Made by a program: the position numbers and the translations under genes
Shown here: piece by piece, positions 1 through 8,671 of the stretch
Layout: the number at the start of each line of letters is the position of its first letter
How positions within the stretch are numbered: the stretch's first letter is position 1
The notes under the pieces: generated by a model
What the model was told of the DNA's origin: nothing
The model's database searches: none
What the model saw: only the letters and a program-made list of their open reading frames with translations
DNA from: Pyrodictium abyssi
GTDB taxonomy: Archaea; Thermoproteota; Thermoprotei_A; Sulfolobales; Pyrodictiaceae
Reading direction: 5' to 3'
Assembly (NCBI RefSeq): GCF_036323395.1
Contig: NZ_AP028907.1
Coordinates: 810,001-842,000 of the forward strand
Length of the DNA: 32,000 nt

Positions 1-149
1 CGCATATAGTCGTAGAATTCGTCAAAGTTCCGTATGTACCTCATAGTCTCTTGCATATCTGCTGTTAGCCTACCCATGATTTCTGCTATCTTCTCGAGAA
101 GCCTTAGAGCCTCGTCCGAAGACACATCGACAGACTTGTACTTAGCCAT
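1..149 (-). CDS. Hypothetical protein, C-terminally truncated by the window edge (MAKYKSVDVSSDEALRLLEKIAEIMGRLTADMQETMRYIRNFDEFYDYM...)
   Basis: Open minus-strand frame from ATG at 149..147 to the window edge; amphipathic helical sequence; missing from the supplied ORF track because it has no stop codon in the window. Confidence 0.5.
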   Translation of the reverse strand, partial: MAKYKSVDVSSDEALRLLEKIAEIMGRLTADMQETMRYIRNFDEFYDYM

Positions 150-467
150 ATCCACCTCTACAATTATCCGGGGCATGGCGTAACCCTCCAAGGCATCCCT
201 CTGTATATGCACCATGCATACAAACACTTTACAGTAACGCCACCACATAGGACGGGCGGCTTCATCCCTCGTGCCAGCCTACAAAACGGGGCCCTTCACC
301 TGTATACATGTGCCCCGCCGCGATTACTGAACACTCATCGGTCAGCCGTTATACCGGGCAGCATGTCTCTAGGTTCATAAACTCTAACCGCTATAGCGAG
401 GGGCGGCACCATTCATGGTTTTATAGCTAAAAACTCCGGCTCACTACCAGGGAGTAGGGTAGATACC

Positions 468-716
468 ATGAGTATATTTTGGGAACGCTGTAGTATATGC
501 GGTAGGCATTATCCACTCCGCCAGTGCTGGATACATAGCGAGCGCAATGTATGCGTGTACTGCTGTATAGCATGCACTGAGCGAAACATATGCCCTAAAC
601 CAGTGTGGCTCCCTGAGTCACGTAAGCTACACGTTACCCGTGGCAAGCCTGCCGAAGGGGCTAGAGAGGCTAGAAAAGCTCTTGAAGAACTACTAAAAAG
701 GCTTGAATCATCATAA
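468..716 (+). CDS. Small cysteine-rich putative zinc-binding protein (82 aa)
   Basis: Complete ORF with CSIC...C...CVYCCIAC...C motif; TATA-like tttata about 45 nt upstream. Confidence 0.6.
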   Translation: MSIFWERCSICGRHYPLRQCWIHSERNVCVYCCIACTERNICPKPVWLPESRKLHVTRGKPAEGAREARKALEELLKRLESS

Positions 717-745
717 GCCGGTGTCTGCTAGAGTACAAGCTCTCC

Positions 746-1507
746 TTATATACGTGGAGATACCCAATATACTAGTACACCGCCACTAGGCAGGTCAAAG
801 CTTATCCTCATTGGCAGTGCCTCGCCATACTGAATGGTAACAGTATCTGCCGCACTTGTAGCCTTTACACTGGCCTTTAGAAGGTCAATAGAGTACTTGG
901 CTCTTACCGGAGTGTTCCCCTCAACCTCGAGGCTAATCAGGGGCTCGCCCGCGCGGAGTATACCTACATACTGCTTCTGAGCGGATTCGGCGTACACCTC
1001 CATCCGGTCCTCGTAGCTGCTAAATTCCACCTCATCGCTAACTACCTTGGCGTCATTTATAATATTCTTAAAGTCGTCTGCCATCATCCTTGCCGTGACT
1101 GTGAGTTCTACCTGTGGCTCGCTAAGTTCTTCCACAACACCCTCTCTTAGAGGGACATAGAAGCTGCGTACAATGCTCGTCTTCTTATCAATAAAGTTCA
1201 CTTCGAGGCGTCTCCGTTCTTCATCGAGCTTAAGTTCCACTAAGTCGTTGCGGGTACCCCTCTTAGCTATACGATTGAGTTCATCCGAGGGCACAATAAA
1301 CGTCTTCTTTTCCTCGCTGAGCTCATATTCTTCAAAAGTTGTCATAGGGAGTCTCAGTATTATCATTGTGGTCTTGTCTGGGGTCAGAGTTCTAATATCT
1401 ACTCCTTCCTGTGTGGCTATAAACGGTATTTCATCCATAACCTTAGCTATCGTCTGAATTATGTACTTAAACTTAGTCGCAGCAGGGTATACCGCCCGAA
1501 ACGTCAT
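746..1507 (-). CDS. pcn: DNA polymerase sliding clamp (PCNA)
   Basis: 253 aa with PCNA features: FKYIIQTIAKVMDEIPFIATQEGVDIRTLTPDKTTMIILRLP and a C-terminal LPMRISFDLPSGGVLVYWVSPRI. Confidence 0.95.
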   Translation of the reverse strand: MTFRAVYPAATKFKYIIQTIAKVMDEIPFIATQEGVDIRTLTPDKTTMIILRLPMTTFEEYELSEEKKTFIVPSDELNRIAKRGTRNDLVELKLDEERRRLEVNFIDKKTSIVRSFYVPLREGVVEELSEPQVELTVTARMMADDFKNIINDAKVVSDEVEFSSYEDRMEVYAESAQKQYVGILRAGEPLISLEVEGNTPVRAKYSIDLLKASVKATSAADTVTIQYGEALPMRISFDLPSGGVLVYWVSPRI

Positions 1508-1666
1508 AGTATCCCCACTGGGAGAAAACTGGAAGAGAGGCAGCTTTGACTATTTCCTAGTGCTGGGAGCAGTCTAGCCCCTGCGCAATGATGCAGCTCT
1601 ACCCGCCTCGAGCCCACAGAGGGCTATGAGGACCTTACCACCGGCTGAGCCATGAAGCTATCTACC

Positions 1667-2464
1667 CTACACCACGTTTAGGCCATGCCTACCCGCTATC
1701 TCTTTGAATCTCCTCGCGTCATCACCCATATACACGTTGTTGAACATTACATAGACTTCCCTTATGCTATCGTATTGTTCGATTATACTCCTTACCAGGT
1801 TCGCCAACTTAGCCAAATCATCGTCGCTATACCTATACCTGTAGTTTACTTCTCTCCCACCTATACCGTGAAGGCGTAGATAGAGTATCCTCTGCCAACT
1901 ACATATGACTGGGTTTCTTCTGAAAGGGTCTACAATGTGTATTACTCTGGGGATGATACATACTATGTCTTCTACTACATCCTGGTGATCTGACCAATTA
2001 CCGCGAGGCTCCCACCCAATGACCATATTGTCATCAATAAACTTTGTAGCTATGGAGAAGAACTCTCGGGCGTTTTGCTCGTTCTCGCTACTGTAGCCAA
2101 AGCTTGGAGGTGTCTGCAACACGACTACTCTAGCTGATAAGATTCTTGCAATCTCTACACTCTTACGCCATGCCTCTATATTTTCACTGGTCGGTTTAAG
2201 GTAGCCGTAGTTTTCAACGTTTCCTGGTGGTCTTATACCTGCCCGTTTCCACGTAGGACTCGATGATGGATGTGTTATGACCTGCCATGCTTTCATATTA
2301 AATACGAACTCGCTGGGTGCCTCTCTACGCCATCGTTCAACAGTATCCTTCTGAGGTAGCTTGTAGAACGTTTGTTGCACCTCTACAGTAGCAAACATGG
2401 CGTAGTACTTCCTGCGGGAGAAGGGGAAGCCACAGCAGCCGACAAAAACCCTTACATCAGCCAT
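1667..2464 (-). CDS. DUF72 family protein
   Basis: DUF72 signatures: VGCCGFP, VEVQQTFYKLP, FVFNMKAWQVITH, VVLQTPPSF, WEPRG, YLRLHGIGG. Confidence 0.9.
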   Translation of the reverse strand: MADVRVFVGCCGFPFSRRKYYAMFATVEVQQTFYKLPQKDTVERWRREAPSEFVFNMKAWQVITHPSSSPTWKRAGIRPPGNVENYGYLKPTSENIEAWRKSVEIARILSARVVVLQTPPSFGYSSENEQNAREFFSIATKFIDDNMVIGWEPRGNWSDHQDVVEDIVCIIPRVIHIVDPFRRNPVICSWQRILYLRLHGIGGREVNYRYRYSDDDLAKLANLVRSIIEQYDSIREVYVMFNNVYMGDDARRFKEIAGRHGLNVV

Positions 2465-2479
2465 ACTGCTCCCTTTACT

Positions 2480-2902
2480 CTAGCGCTGGAGAGGCCTAAC
2501 TTGTATGAATCGGACTTCGTCCAGCTTAGATAGCTCTGTCTTCACACTATCTATGTCTATACCGCTTCGCGAGAGATCTATTATTATTATACACTCGGCA
2601 TACTCTCCCCGTTTAACTGTTGTACACTGCGTAGTAACCTGGTCAACATTCAATTCAGCTAGCTTCTCTGATGCTTTTGCCAATGCTCCCGGCACATCCT
2701 TGAATTCAATGCGCATCTCGAAGAGCTTGCCCTCAGCGCTTGGAAGCGGCGTTAGCACTATTTCACGCTTATCGGGGTCAGCTATCAATATTAAGTTCAT
2801 TCCCTCGATTATGTTTAGAGCTTCCCTGACTACCAGTGGTATTGTGACCCTTCCCTTACTGTCGACTTTGACTATCTCAGCCAGCCGCACTCCAACCACC
2901 AT
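2480..2902 (-). CDS. AbrB/SpoVT-like DNA-binding domain fused to an ACT-like domain
   Basis: KVDSKGRVTIPLVVREALNI... is an AbrB swapped-hairpin motif; C-terminal MRIEFKDVPGALAKASEKLAELNVD... resembles ACT. Confidence 0.8.
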   Translation of the reverse strand: MVVGVRLAEIVKVDSKGRVTIPLVVREALNIIEGMNLILIADPDKREIVLTPLPSAEGKLFEMRIEFKDVPGALAKASEKLAELNVDQVTTQCTTVKRGEYAECIIIIDLSRSGIDIDSVKTELSKLDEVRFIQVRPLQR

Positions 2903-2948
2903 TCCACATGTGGAAAGGTAATGAAAAAATATAACTTTTGCTAATTGG

Positions 2949-3848
2949 TTACTCGCTAATACCCTGCTCTACAATCTTCGCTATCTTCTCAGCCAACCCC
3001 AGTATTATCTTGGAAGCCTTACTGTCGGGATACTTCACGAAGAATGGCTCACCAGCATCATTTGCTCGCGATATGCGCGGGTCTATTGGTATCTCGCCGA
3101 GGAGTCTTACACCGTATTGTTCCGATATCTTTCTAGCTACGCCCTCGCCAAAGATGTAGTGCTTGCTACCATCTGGGCACTCAAAGTAACTCATGTTTTC
3201 TATGATTCCAACGATGTCTACGTTTAGTTTACGCGCAAAATTAATGGCCTTAGCCACTACTATGCGTGACACGTCAGATGGTATCGTGACGATAATTGTA
3301 CCGGTAAGGTCACGTATAAGCTGTGCAATGGTTAGCTGTTCATCTCCGGTCCCGGGAGGCAAGTCTATGAAGAGGTAATCTAGTGAACCCCAGTCTGTGT
3401 AGGCCAGCATTTCACGAATGGCTGATGTAGTTAGTGTTCCACGCCATATTACAGGTACATCCTCTTGCGGAAGCAGGAGCCCCATTGAGATTACCTTCAC
3501 GCCAAGTGGAGCAGTCACTGGTATAATCCTTGCATCTGATGTAGCCATAACAGTTTCTCCTTGTACACCCATCATCTTTGGTATAGAAGGCCCATATATA
3601 TCCGCATCGAGAACTCCTACTTTTCTCCCTAGGTAGCTCATAGCAAAGGCCAAACTTGCTGTAACGAACGATTTTCCTACACCACCTTTACCGCTGAGGA
3701 TGACTATTTTGTACTTTATCTTCTTCATGTTTTCCTCTATCTTTTTTTCTTGTTCACGTATCTTTTTAAAAGCCTCTATGCGTGCTTTTACTTCTGGCGG
3801 AATTCTCTGCTGCGAAGACATGTAGCCTTCCCCTTCTGCTCCAGCCAT
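2949..3848 (-). CDS. Mrp/NBP35-family iron-sulfur cluster carrier ATPase
   Basis: Deviant Walker A GKGGVGKS; DADIYGPSIPKMMG; DLPPGTGDEQLT; ENMSYFECP. Confidence 0.95.
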   Translation of the reverse strand: MAGAEGEGYMSSQQRIPPEVKARIEAFKKIREQEKKIEENMKKIKYKIVILSGKGGVGKSFVTASLAFAMSYLGRKVGVLDADIYGPSIPKMMGVQGETVMATSDARIIPVTAPLGVKVISMGLLLPQEDVPVIWRGTLTTSAIREMLAYTDWGSLDYLFIDLPPGTGDEQLTIAQLIRDLTGTIIVTIPSDVSRIVVAKAINFARKLNVDIVGIIENMSYFECPDGSKHYIFGEGVARKISEQYGVRLLGEIPIDPRISRANDAGEPFFVKYPDSKASKIILGLAEKIAKIVEQGISE

Positions 3849-4011
3849 ACCCGCTTCTGTGTATGTCTAGATGCAACACGTTATATTCACATTCTGGTAC
3901 ACTACTACTCGGCGAAGTGGGCAACACTCTACCTCGCGTTACCTATAGACGTCGATTATATCATTCTCGCCGTAGCCACTGCATGGCTGGTATAGCAGAG
4001 GGTTAATTGGC

Positions 4012-4701
4012 ATGAAGAGAGAAAGTCTTATGAAGAGAATGCTTGCTGTTACAATGCTAAGCTATCTTCATAGGTTCTACACATATAGGGAACTCAGTGA
4101 GAAGCTTTCAATACCTCCATCCATGATAAGCAGGTATCTACGCGGCCATAGTCTCCCGAGTGAACAACATACGGAGGTTATAATGAATTTCTTCATGAAC
4201 GACCGTCACGTCAAAAGTCACCTTAACAGACTTATTGCTAGAGGGTCGCTGAGTGAACTCTTAAAAGATGTCGAATTGCTCGAGATACTGGCGTTTATAG
4301 TACTTGAAAGAATTAAATATATGAGAATAGTGTTTGACTACGTTGTCGTAATTAACGACATTTCCTCGACTATAGGGTTGAAAGTAGCTTCTAGACTCGG
4401 AGCTACTGTTCTGGTAGGATTCATTCCACCTCTCGTGCCCCCAACTGTGGACATATGTATAACCATAGGTCAGTACATCAACTCGTTAACTATATGTTTT
4501 AAGGTGGATAATGTTGCTAAGCTTCGTAGGTCGAGCGCCGTTTTCATACACCCCCTCACCATTCCGATAGAGTACGTACCTTATATAAGAAGAAAACTTG
4601 TAGACATCTTTAGCTATGTACACGTACTGGCTCCTATATGTAACGAAGAGTTAGAAAGGAATAGCATAATATGTGGGTTTATAACCAGCAACACAGAGTA
4701 G
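4012..4701 (+). CDS. HTH regulator with a divergent phosphoribosyltransferase-like C-terminal region
   Basis: N-terminal FYTYRELSEKLSIPPSMISRYLRGHSLPS is HTH-like and resembles archaeal PRT-fusion regulators. The C-terminal half looks Rossmann/PRT-like but has no recognisable PRPP-binding loop. Confidence 0.6.
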   Translation: MKRESLMKRMLAVTMLSYLHRFYTYRELSEKLSIPPSMISRYLRGHSLPSEQHTEVIMNFFMNDRHVKSHLNRLIARGSLSELLKDVELLEILAFIVLERIKYMRIVFDYVVVINDISSTIGLKVASRLGATVLVGFIPPLVPPTVDICITIGQYINSLTICFKVDNVAKLRRSSAVFIHPLTIPIEYVPYIRRKLVDIFSYVHVLAPICNEELERNSIICGFITSNTE

Positions 4702-4731
4702 GAAATCCGTCCTAGCACGAGGATATTAGCG

Positions 4732-5247
4732 ATGACCGGGGTTTTAAACACTGAGCTAAAGGATGATGTCGAACCCACGCAGGGAGCTCCACTATGTAAG
4801 GACATTAACGCCTTTAGGAGTCTAGAGTTGCGTGCATTTGCAGAATTAAATGATTGTAACATCATTGTTGCCTATATCGTTGTACCCATAGATAAACACA
4901 GTACAACACTAGTATTGGGTTGCATTTATCGCGTGCTATTATCGATAGAACCATTATCTACAAGTCGTCCACCTCATCTAGTTGAAGAAGGTATACTTGT
5001 TGCAGTAGAGCGATCCAATAAACAACTACTTGACGTGGTAGACAAAATAGCTATTGAGAACGTCATTTATGTGTATAGGGATGAGTCACTGGTAACTACT
5101 GTTCTTGATGTTAATACACCATTAGAGCGCATAGTTAATGAAAATATATTAACTTCAATTAACTATATTAGCTATTTCTGTATTAATTCTCTTAGTGAAT
5201 TACCAAGTAAAGTATATGATGTATTACTCGGCCATAGCCCTGCATAA
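4732..5247 (+). CDS. Hypothetical protein (171 aa)
   Basis: Complete ORF, codirectional with its neighbours; no recognised motif. Confidence 0.55.
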   Translation: MTGVLNTELKDDVEPTQGAPLCKDINAFRSLELRAFAELNDCNIIVAYIVVPIDKHSTTLVLGCIYRVLLSIEPLSTSRPPHLVEEGILVAVERSNKQLLDVVDKIAIENVIYVYRDESLVTTVLDVNTPLERIVNENILTSINYISYFCINSLSELPSKVYDVLLGHSPA

Positions 5248-5260
5248 CTAGTGGAATAAT

Positions 5261-6904
5261 ATGACATGCTGGGGCAGCTGCCAAGCTACCAGCGGTGGTA
5301 ACGCATTGTACCTGAGATTCAAGATATGTAGATGGCTCGATAGTGACGAGTTCAAAAGGATATCCGGTTTAGCATCCTATATCGGTAGACATGAGGGCTG
5401 CAGCTGGTTTGAAATAAACACACATTATTTCAATATTGATAGACTTCTGGATACTATTGATATGCTTAGGTCGTACGGAGCTGAATTTGATGAAAAATCT
5501 TTACAGATTATAAACAAGCTTGTAGAAGAGTCTAGCACGGTTGAATTACATGTTTCTCGTCAGGGTTTTGTGATAAAGTCTAGGCGCTTGTTGTCTGACT
5601 ACCTCGCTGTATTTAGATCTAAGGGTCTAGTTAAGTATTCGAAGGGGCTACGAGGATTCGTTGTAAAGCCGTATGCCATTATAGATGTCGTTGAAAGACT
5701 AAGACATGAAGGGTTCAACATACGCGACTATTCGGGACTTCTCAGCCCCAGTAGGTATACTATAACCTTCACTGGTAAGCTTCGCGATTATCAAGAGGAG
5801 GCGATAAATGCGTGGATTAAGAATAATTACAAAGGGGTAATAGCATTACCTACTGGCTCTGGGAAGACTATCGTTGCACTAGCTGCTATGGCTAAATTAG
5901 CTGTACCTACGCTCATAGTTGTCTATACGCGCGAACAGCTGGTTGAGTGGATCGATAAGGTAGAGAGGTTTACCTCTCTTGATAAGAGTTCTGTCGGAGC
6001 CTTTTATTCTGAGGAAAAGTCGATTAAGCCTATCACCGTAGCCACTTATCACTCAGCATTCAGGAATGTTGACGTATTATTTGATAAGTTTTCACTATTG
6101 ATAGTAGACGAGGCTCATCATCTGCCAGCGGATAAGTTTAGGGCAATAGCTGAGTCTATACTCGCACCTTACAGACTTGGCTTATCTGCAACACCTTATA
6201 GGGAGGATGGACGGCATGAGGAGTTGTTCCAGCTAATCGGTGGCATTGTCTATGAGCGTTCTCTCAACGACCTCTTGTCTGCTGGCTATATCGCGTCATT
6301 TGAGATAGTCCCTGTTTTTGTGCAGCTTAGCAGGGAGGAACTTGACGAGTACAGAAAACTTAAGAAAAGGTATATCGTTCTCGCTCGGGGGAGAAGAATC
6401 GAAGAACTCGTTAAGGCGGCATCGGTGGGAGACGAATCCGCTAGACAAGCCCTACAACTACTTGCACGTATGCGGCGTATACTAGCACTATCCAAGTCTA
6501 AGATTGAGGAGGCACGCAGAATTATTGAGACCGAGCTTGCAAGAGGGTCCAAGATCATAGTGTTTACGCAATATGTGGACCAGGCCCAAGCTATCGGTAA
6601 GGAGCTTGGTATCCCCGTGGTTACAGGAAAGACTGAAAAAACCAAGCGTAAGATTATATTCGAGCTTTATAAGCATGACAGGTTTAAGGCTATAGTACTA
6701 ACTACTGTAGGCGACGAGGGCATTGACATTCCAAATGCCAATGTTGGGATAGTCTTGTCTGGTACATCGTCACGGCGCCAGTTTATTCAAAGACTTGGAA
6801 GACTGCTTAGGCCTAAGCCCGGTAAGGCGGCTAAACTGTACTACATAGCTGTAAAGGGTACACAGGAGGAAGCCACTCTTAAAAGACTCTTGCAAGCGAT
6901 ATGA
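5261..6904 (+). CDS. XPB/Rad25-family DNA helicase (SF2)
   Basis: Walker A LPTGSGKT, DEAH box (IVDEAHH), LSATPYREDG, FTQYVDQAQ, SRRQFIQRLGRLLRP. Confidence 0.93.
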   Translation: MTCWGSCQATSGGNALYLRFKICRWLDSDEFKRISGLASYIGRHEGCSWFEINTHYFNIDRLLDTIDMLRSYGAEFDEKSLQIINKLVEESSTVELHVSRQGFVIKSRRLLSDYLAVFRSKGLVKYSKGLRGFVVKPYAIIDVVERLRHEGFNIRDYSGLLSPSRYTITFTGKLRDYQEEAINAWIKNNYKGVIALPTGSGKTIVALAAMAKLAVPTLIVVYTREQLVEWIDKVERFTSLDKSSVGAFYSEEKSIKPITVATYHSAFRNVDVLFDKFSLLIVDEAHHLPADKFRAIAESILAPYRLGLSATPYREDGRHEELFQLIGGIVYERSLNDLLSAGYIASFEIVPVFVQLSREELDEYRKLKKRYIVLARGRRIEELVKAASVGDESARQALQLLARMRRILALSKSKIEEARRIIETELARGSKIIVFTQYVDQAQAIGKELGIPVVTGKTEKTKRKIIFELYKHDRFKAIVLTTVGDEGIDIPNANVGIVLSGTSSRRQFIQRLGRLLRPKPGKAAKLYYIAVKGTQEEATLKRLLQAI

Positions 6905-7071
6905 GCGTTTCACCAGAACGCAACAGAATTACACCATGTTGACTTATGGATGCTTTATGGACACTTTCTTGTTATTTTCTCTCAACATTATCTAGGGCCG
7001 TGTCTATTAGTGCCGCGTAATGCACTAAAGGCGTAGCGTTATTAGCAAATGGCGGTAGGAGGGGCAAGTGC

Positions 7072-8076
7072 ATGAGCACTGGCAACTTGCAGTTGTACCT
7101 TAGCGGCCATGGCAGTATAGACTTGCTGTACGAGAATAGCCTTCCAGAGATAACGCTAGGCGGTTCGGGTCATCCTACAAGCTATTCTGTGGTATTCGAG
7201 CACAGCCTAAAGGCTAGTGTTGTAGACAGAGCATTACTCGAGGTAGGGATCAGAGCATCTTCAATGGAGATTCCTAGATGGAAGATATCGTTTAATGATG
7301 TAGTGCTTACTAGAGAGTTTAAGCCCTTGATTTGTGTCGAGACAAGTAATGGCTTCTTCTGTAAACTTGTATTTGATGTCACACCAATTGTTACTTCAAA
7401 ACAGAAACGTGAGCATAGGGTAGAAATAGAGTATATAGGCGTTAAAGAGTTCACTTTAGATCATATAGGTTTACTGATGCTTGGATCATATGAAGCGGCG
7501 CGTTCACTCTATGGCTTCTGGAGTGGCGCTATATCACTCCAGCCCGGCAGTAGTGTCGATATAACTCTTCCACAGAGATTTGACCACGCCAAGGCAAGGA
7601 TTGTAGCTTACTTACCCCATACTGATGCTAGCCTAGTAGTTGGTACAGACTCTGGCACCACCGTCATAAGCAGGAGCACTGGTATGAACGAGTTCACAGT
7701 GGAGCTTGAAGACGTTAGCTATCTGAGGTTAGAGCATCAAGGGTCAGGAGGATATTACCCGAAGGAGGTGCTGGTGTCGTCTATACTCGTGTATAAGATT
7801 GAGATACCTGAGCCTAGCATTGAGGTATCCTACAATCTTGATAATAGTAACGTAGAGCTCAATATATCTAATAATGGCAGTGACGCGGCAGAGAACGTGG
7901 TTGTAGTATCAATAGCCGTTGGCAACGTTATTGATAGGAAGGTATTGGGCGAGCTCAAGCCTGGACAGTCGCAGACTGTTGCCCTTAGCATAAAACAAGG
8001 CTCCACGAACACCATACGTGTTATATGGAAGCACCGTGGCAAGACAATGTTCAAGGATATAAAGGTTAAGTCGTAG
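7072..8076 (+). CDS. Hypothetical beta-rich protein with CARDB-like C-terminal domain (334 aa)
   Basis: C-terminal VSYNLDNSNVELNISNNGSDAAENVVVVSIAVGNVIDRKVLGELKPGQSQTVALSIKQG resembles CARDB; no signal peptide or membrane helix seen. Confidence 0.65.
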   Translation: MSTGNLQLYLSGHGSIDLLYENSLPEITLGGSGHPTSYSVVFEHSLKASVVDRALLEVGIRASSMEIPRWKISFNDVVLTREFKPLICVETSNGFFCKLVFDVTPIVTSKQKREHRVEIEYIGVKEFTLDHIGLLMLGSYEAARSLYGFWSGAISLQPGSSVDITLPQRFDHAKARIVAYLPHTDASLVVGTDSGTTVISRSTGMNEFTVELEDVSYLRLEHQGSGGYYPKEVLVSSILVYKIEIPEPSIEVSYNLDNSNVELNISNNGSDAAENVVVVSIAVGNVIDRKVLGELKPGQSQTVALSIKQGSTNTIRVIWKHRGKTMFKDIKVKS

Positions 8077-8145
8077 ATATCTCTAAATATCACCCATCCT
8101 AAGGCCTTGTATCATGTCTATGAACAAGGGCTTGGTTTTCACACT

Positions 8146-8202
8146 GTGATGAATTACTCCCGGACAGACATGTGTTTGGATGAAGATAACTTACCCAGCT
8201 GA
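8146..8202 (+). ncRNA. Candidate C/D-box sRNA in the gap between convergent genes
   Basis: C box GTGATGA (8146-8152), 12-nt guide attactcccgga, D'-like CAGA (8165-8168), C' TGGATGA (8177-8183), 15-nt guide agataacttacccag, D box CTGA (8199-8202). Confidence 0.6.
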
Positions 8203-8203
8203 G

Positions 8204-8650
8204 CTAGCCTATATTCTTTATGAACTTTTTTAGGCTTGCGCTTGTAGCCATTGCTATGAACTCGTCTAGACCTATACCCTTATCTAGTACTTCGTCGTCT
8301 ATCTTAATCCCTCCGGAGTTTGTCTGCTTTGCCATGTCTACTGGTATGAGCTTCCAGCCTTTGTTAGGCCTCTTTACAGCTACTAGTGGTGTCGCGCCAG
8401 CTCTTCGCGAGAACTCTAGGAGCTTTTCCAGCTGGTTTTTATCAATATATATAGGAGAGTTGTCACGGCGGTACTTAACCTCGAACGCGTATATTTTGCC
8501 CCTAAAGATGGCGACTACGTCCGGGTAGGCTGCTAGCCTCGTCCGTGCTCCACTGGCTGGTGCACGCATTACTGCAAACCCTTTGCTCCATAGCTTTCTG
8601 ACTAGCTCTCTTTCTGCCTCGAAGCCTCTCCTACGTCTAGTGTTCTGCAT
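8204..8650 (-). CDS. hjc: Holliday junction resolvase Hjc
   Basis: RRRRGFEAERELVRKLWSKGFAVMRAPASG...YPDVVAIFRGKIYAFEVKYRR: archaeal Hjc catalytic core. Confidence 0.93.
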   Translation of the reverse strand: MQNTRRRRGFEAERELVRKLWSKGFAVMRAPASGARTRLAAYPDVVAIFRGKIYAFEVKYRRDNSPIYIDKNQLEKLLEFSRRAGATPLVAVKRPNKGWKLIPVDMAKQTNSGGIKIDDEVLDKGIGLDEFIAMATSASLKKFIKNIG

Positions 8651-8671
8651 GTGCTTCTCCCACAGATACTG

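Noticed and set aside
1508-1666. Short minus-strand peptide HGSAGGKVLIALCGLEAGRAASLRRG resembling a glycine-rich loop
   Set aside because: No start codon in frame before a stop, and too short to support as a gene or identified pseudogene.
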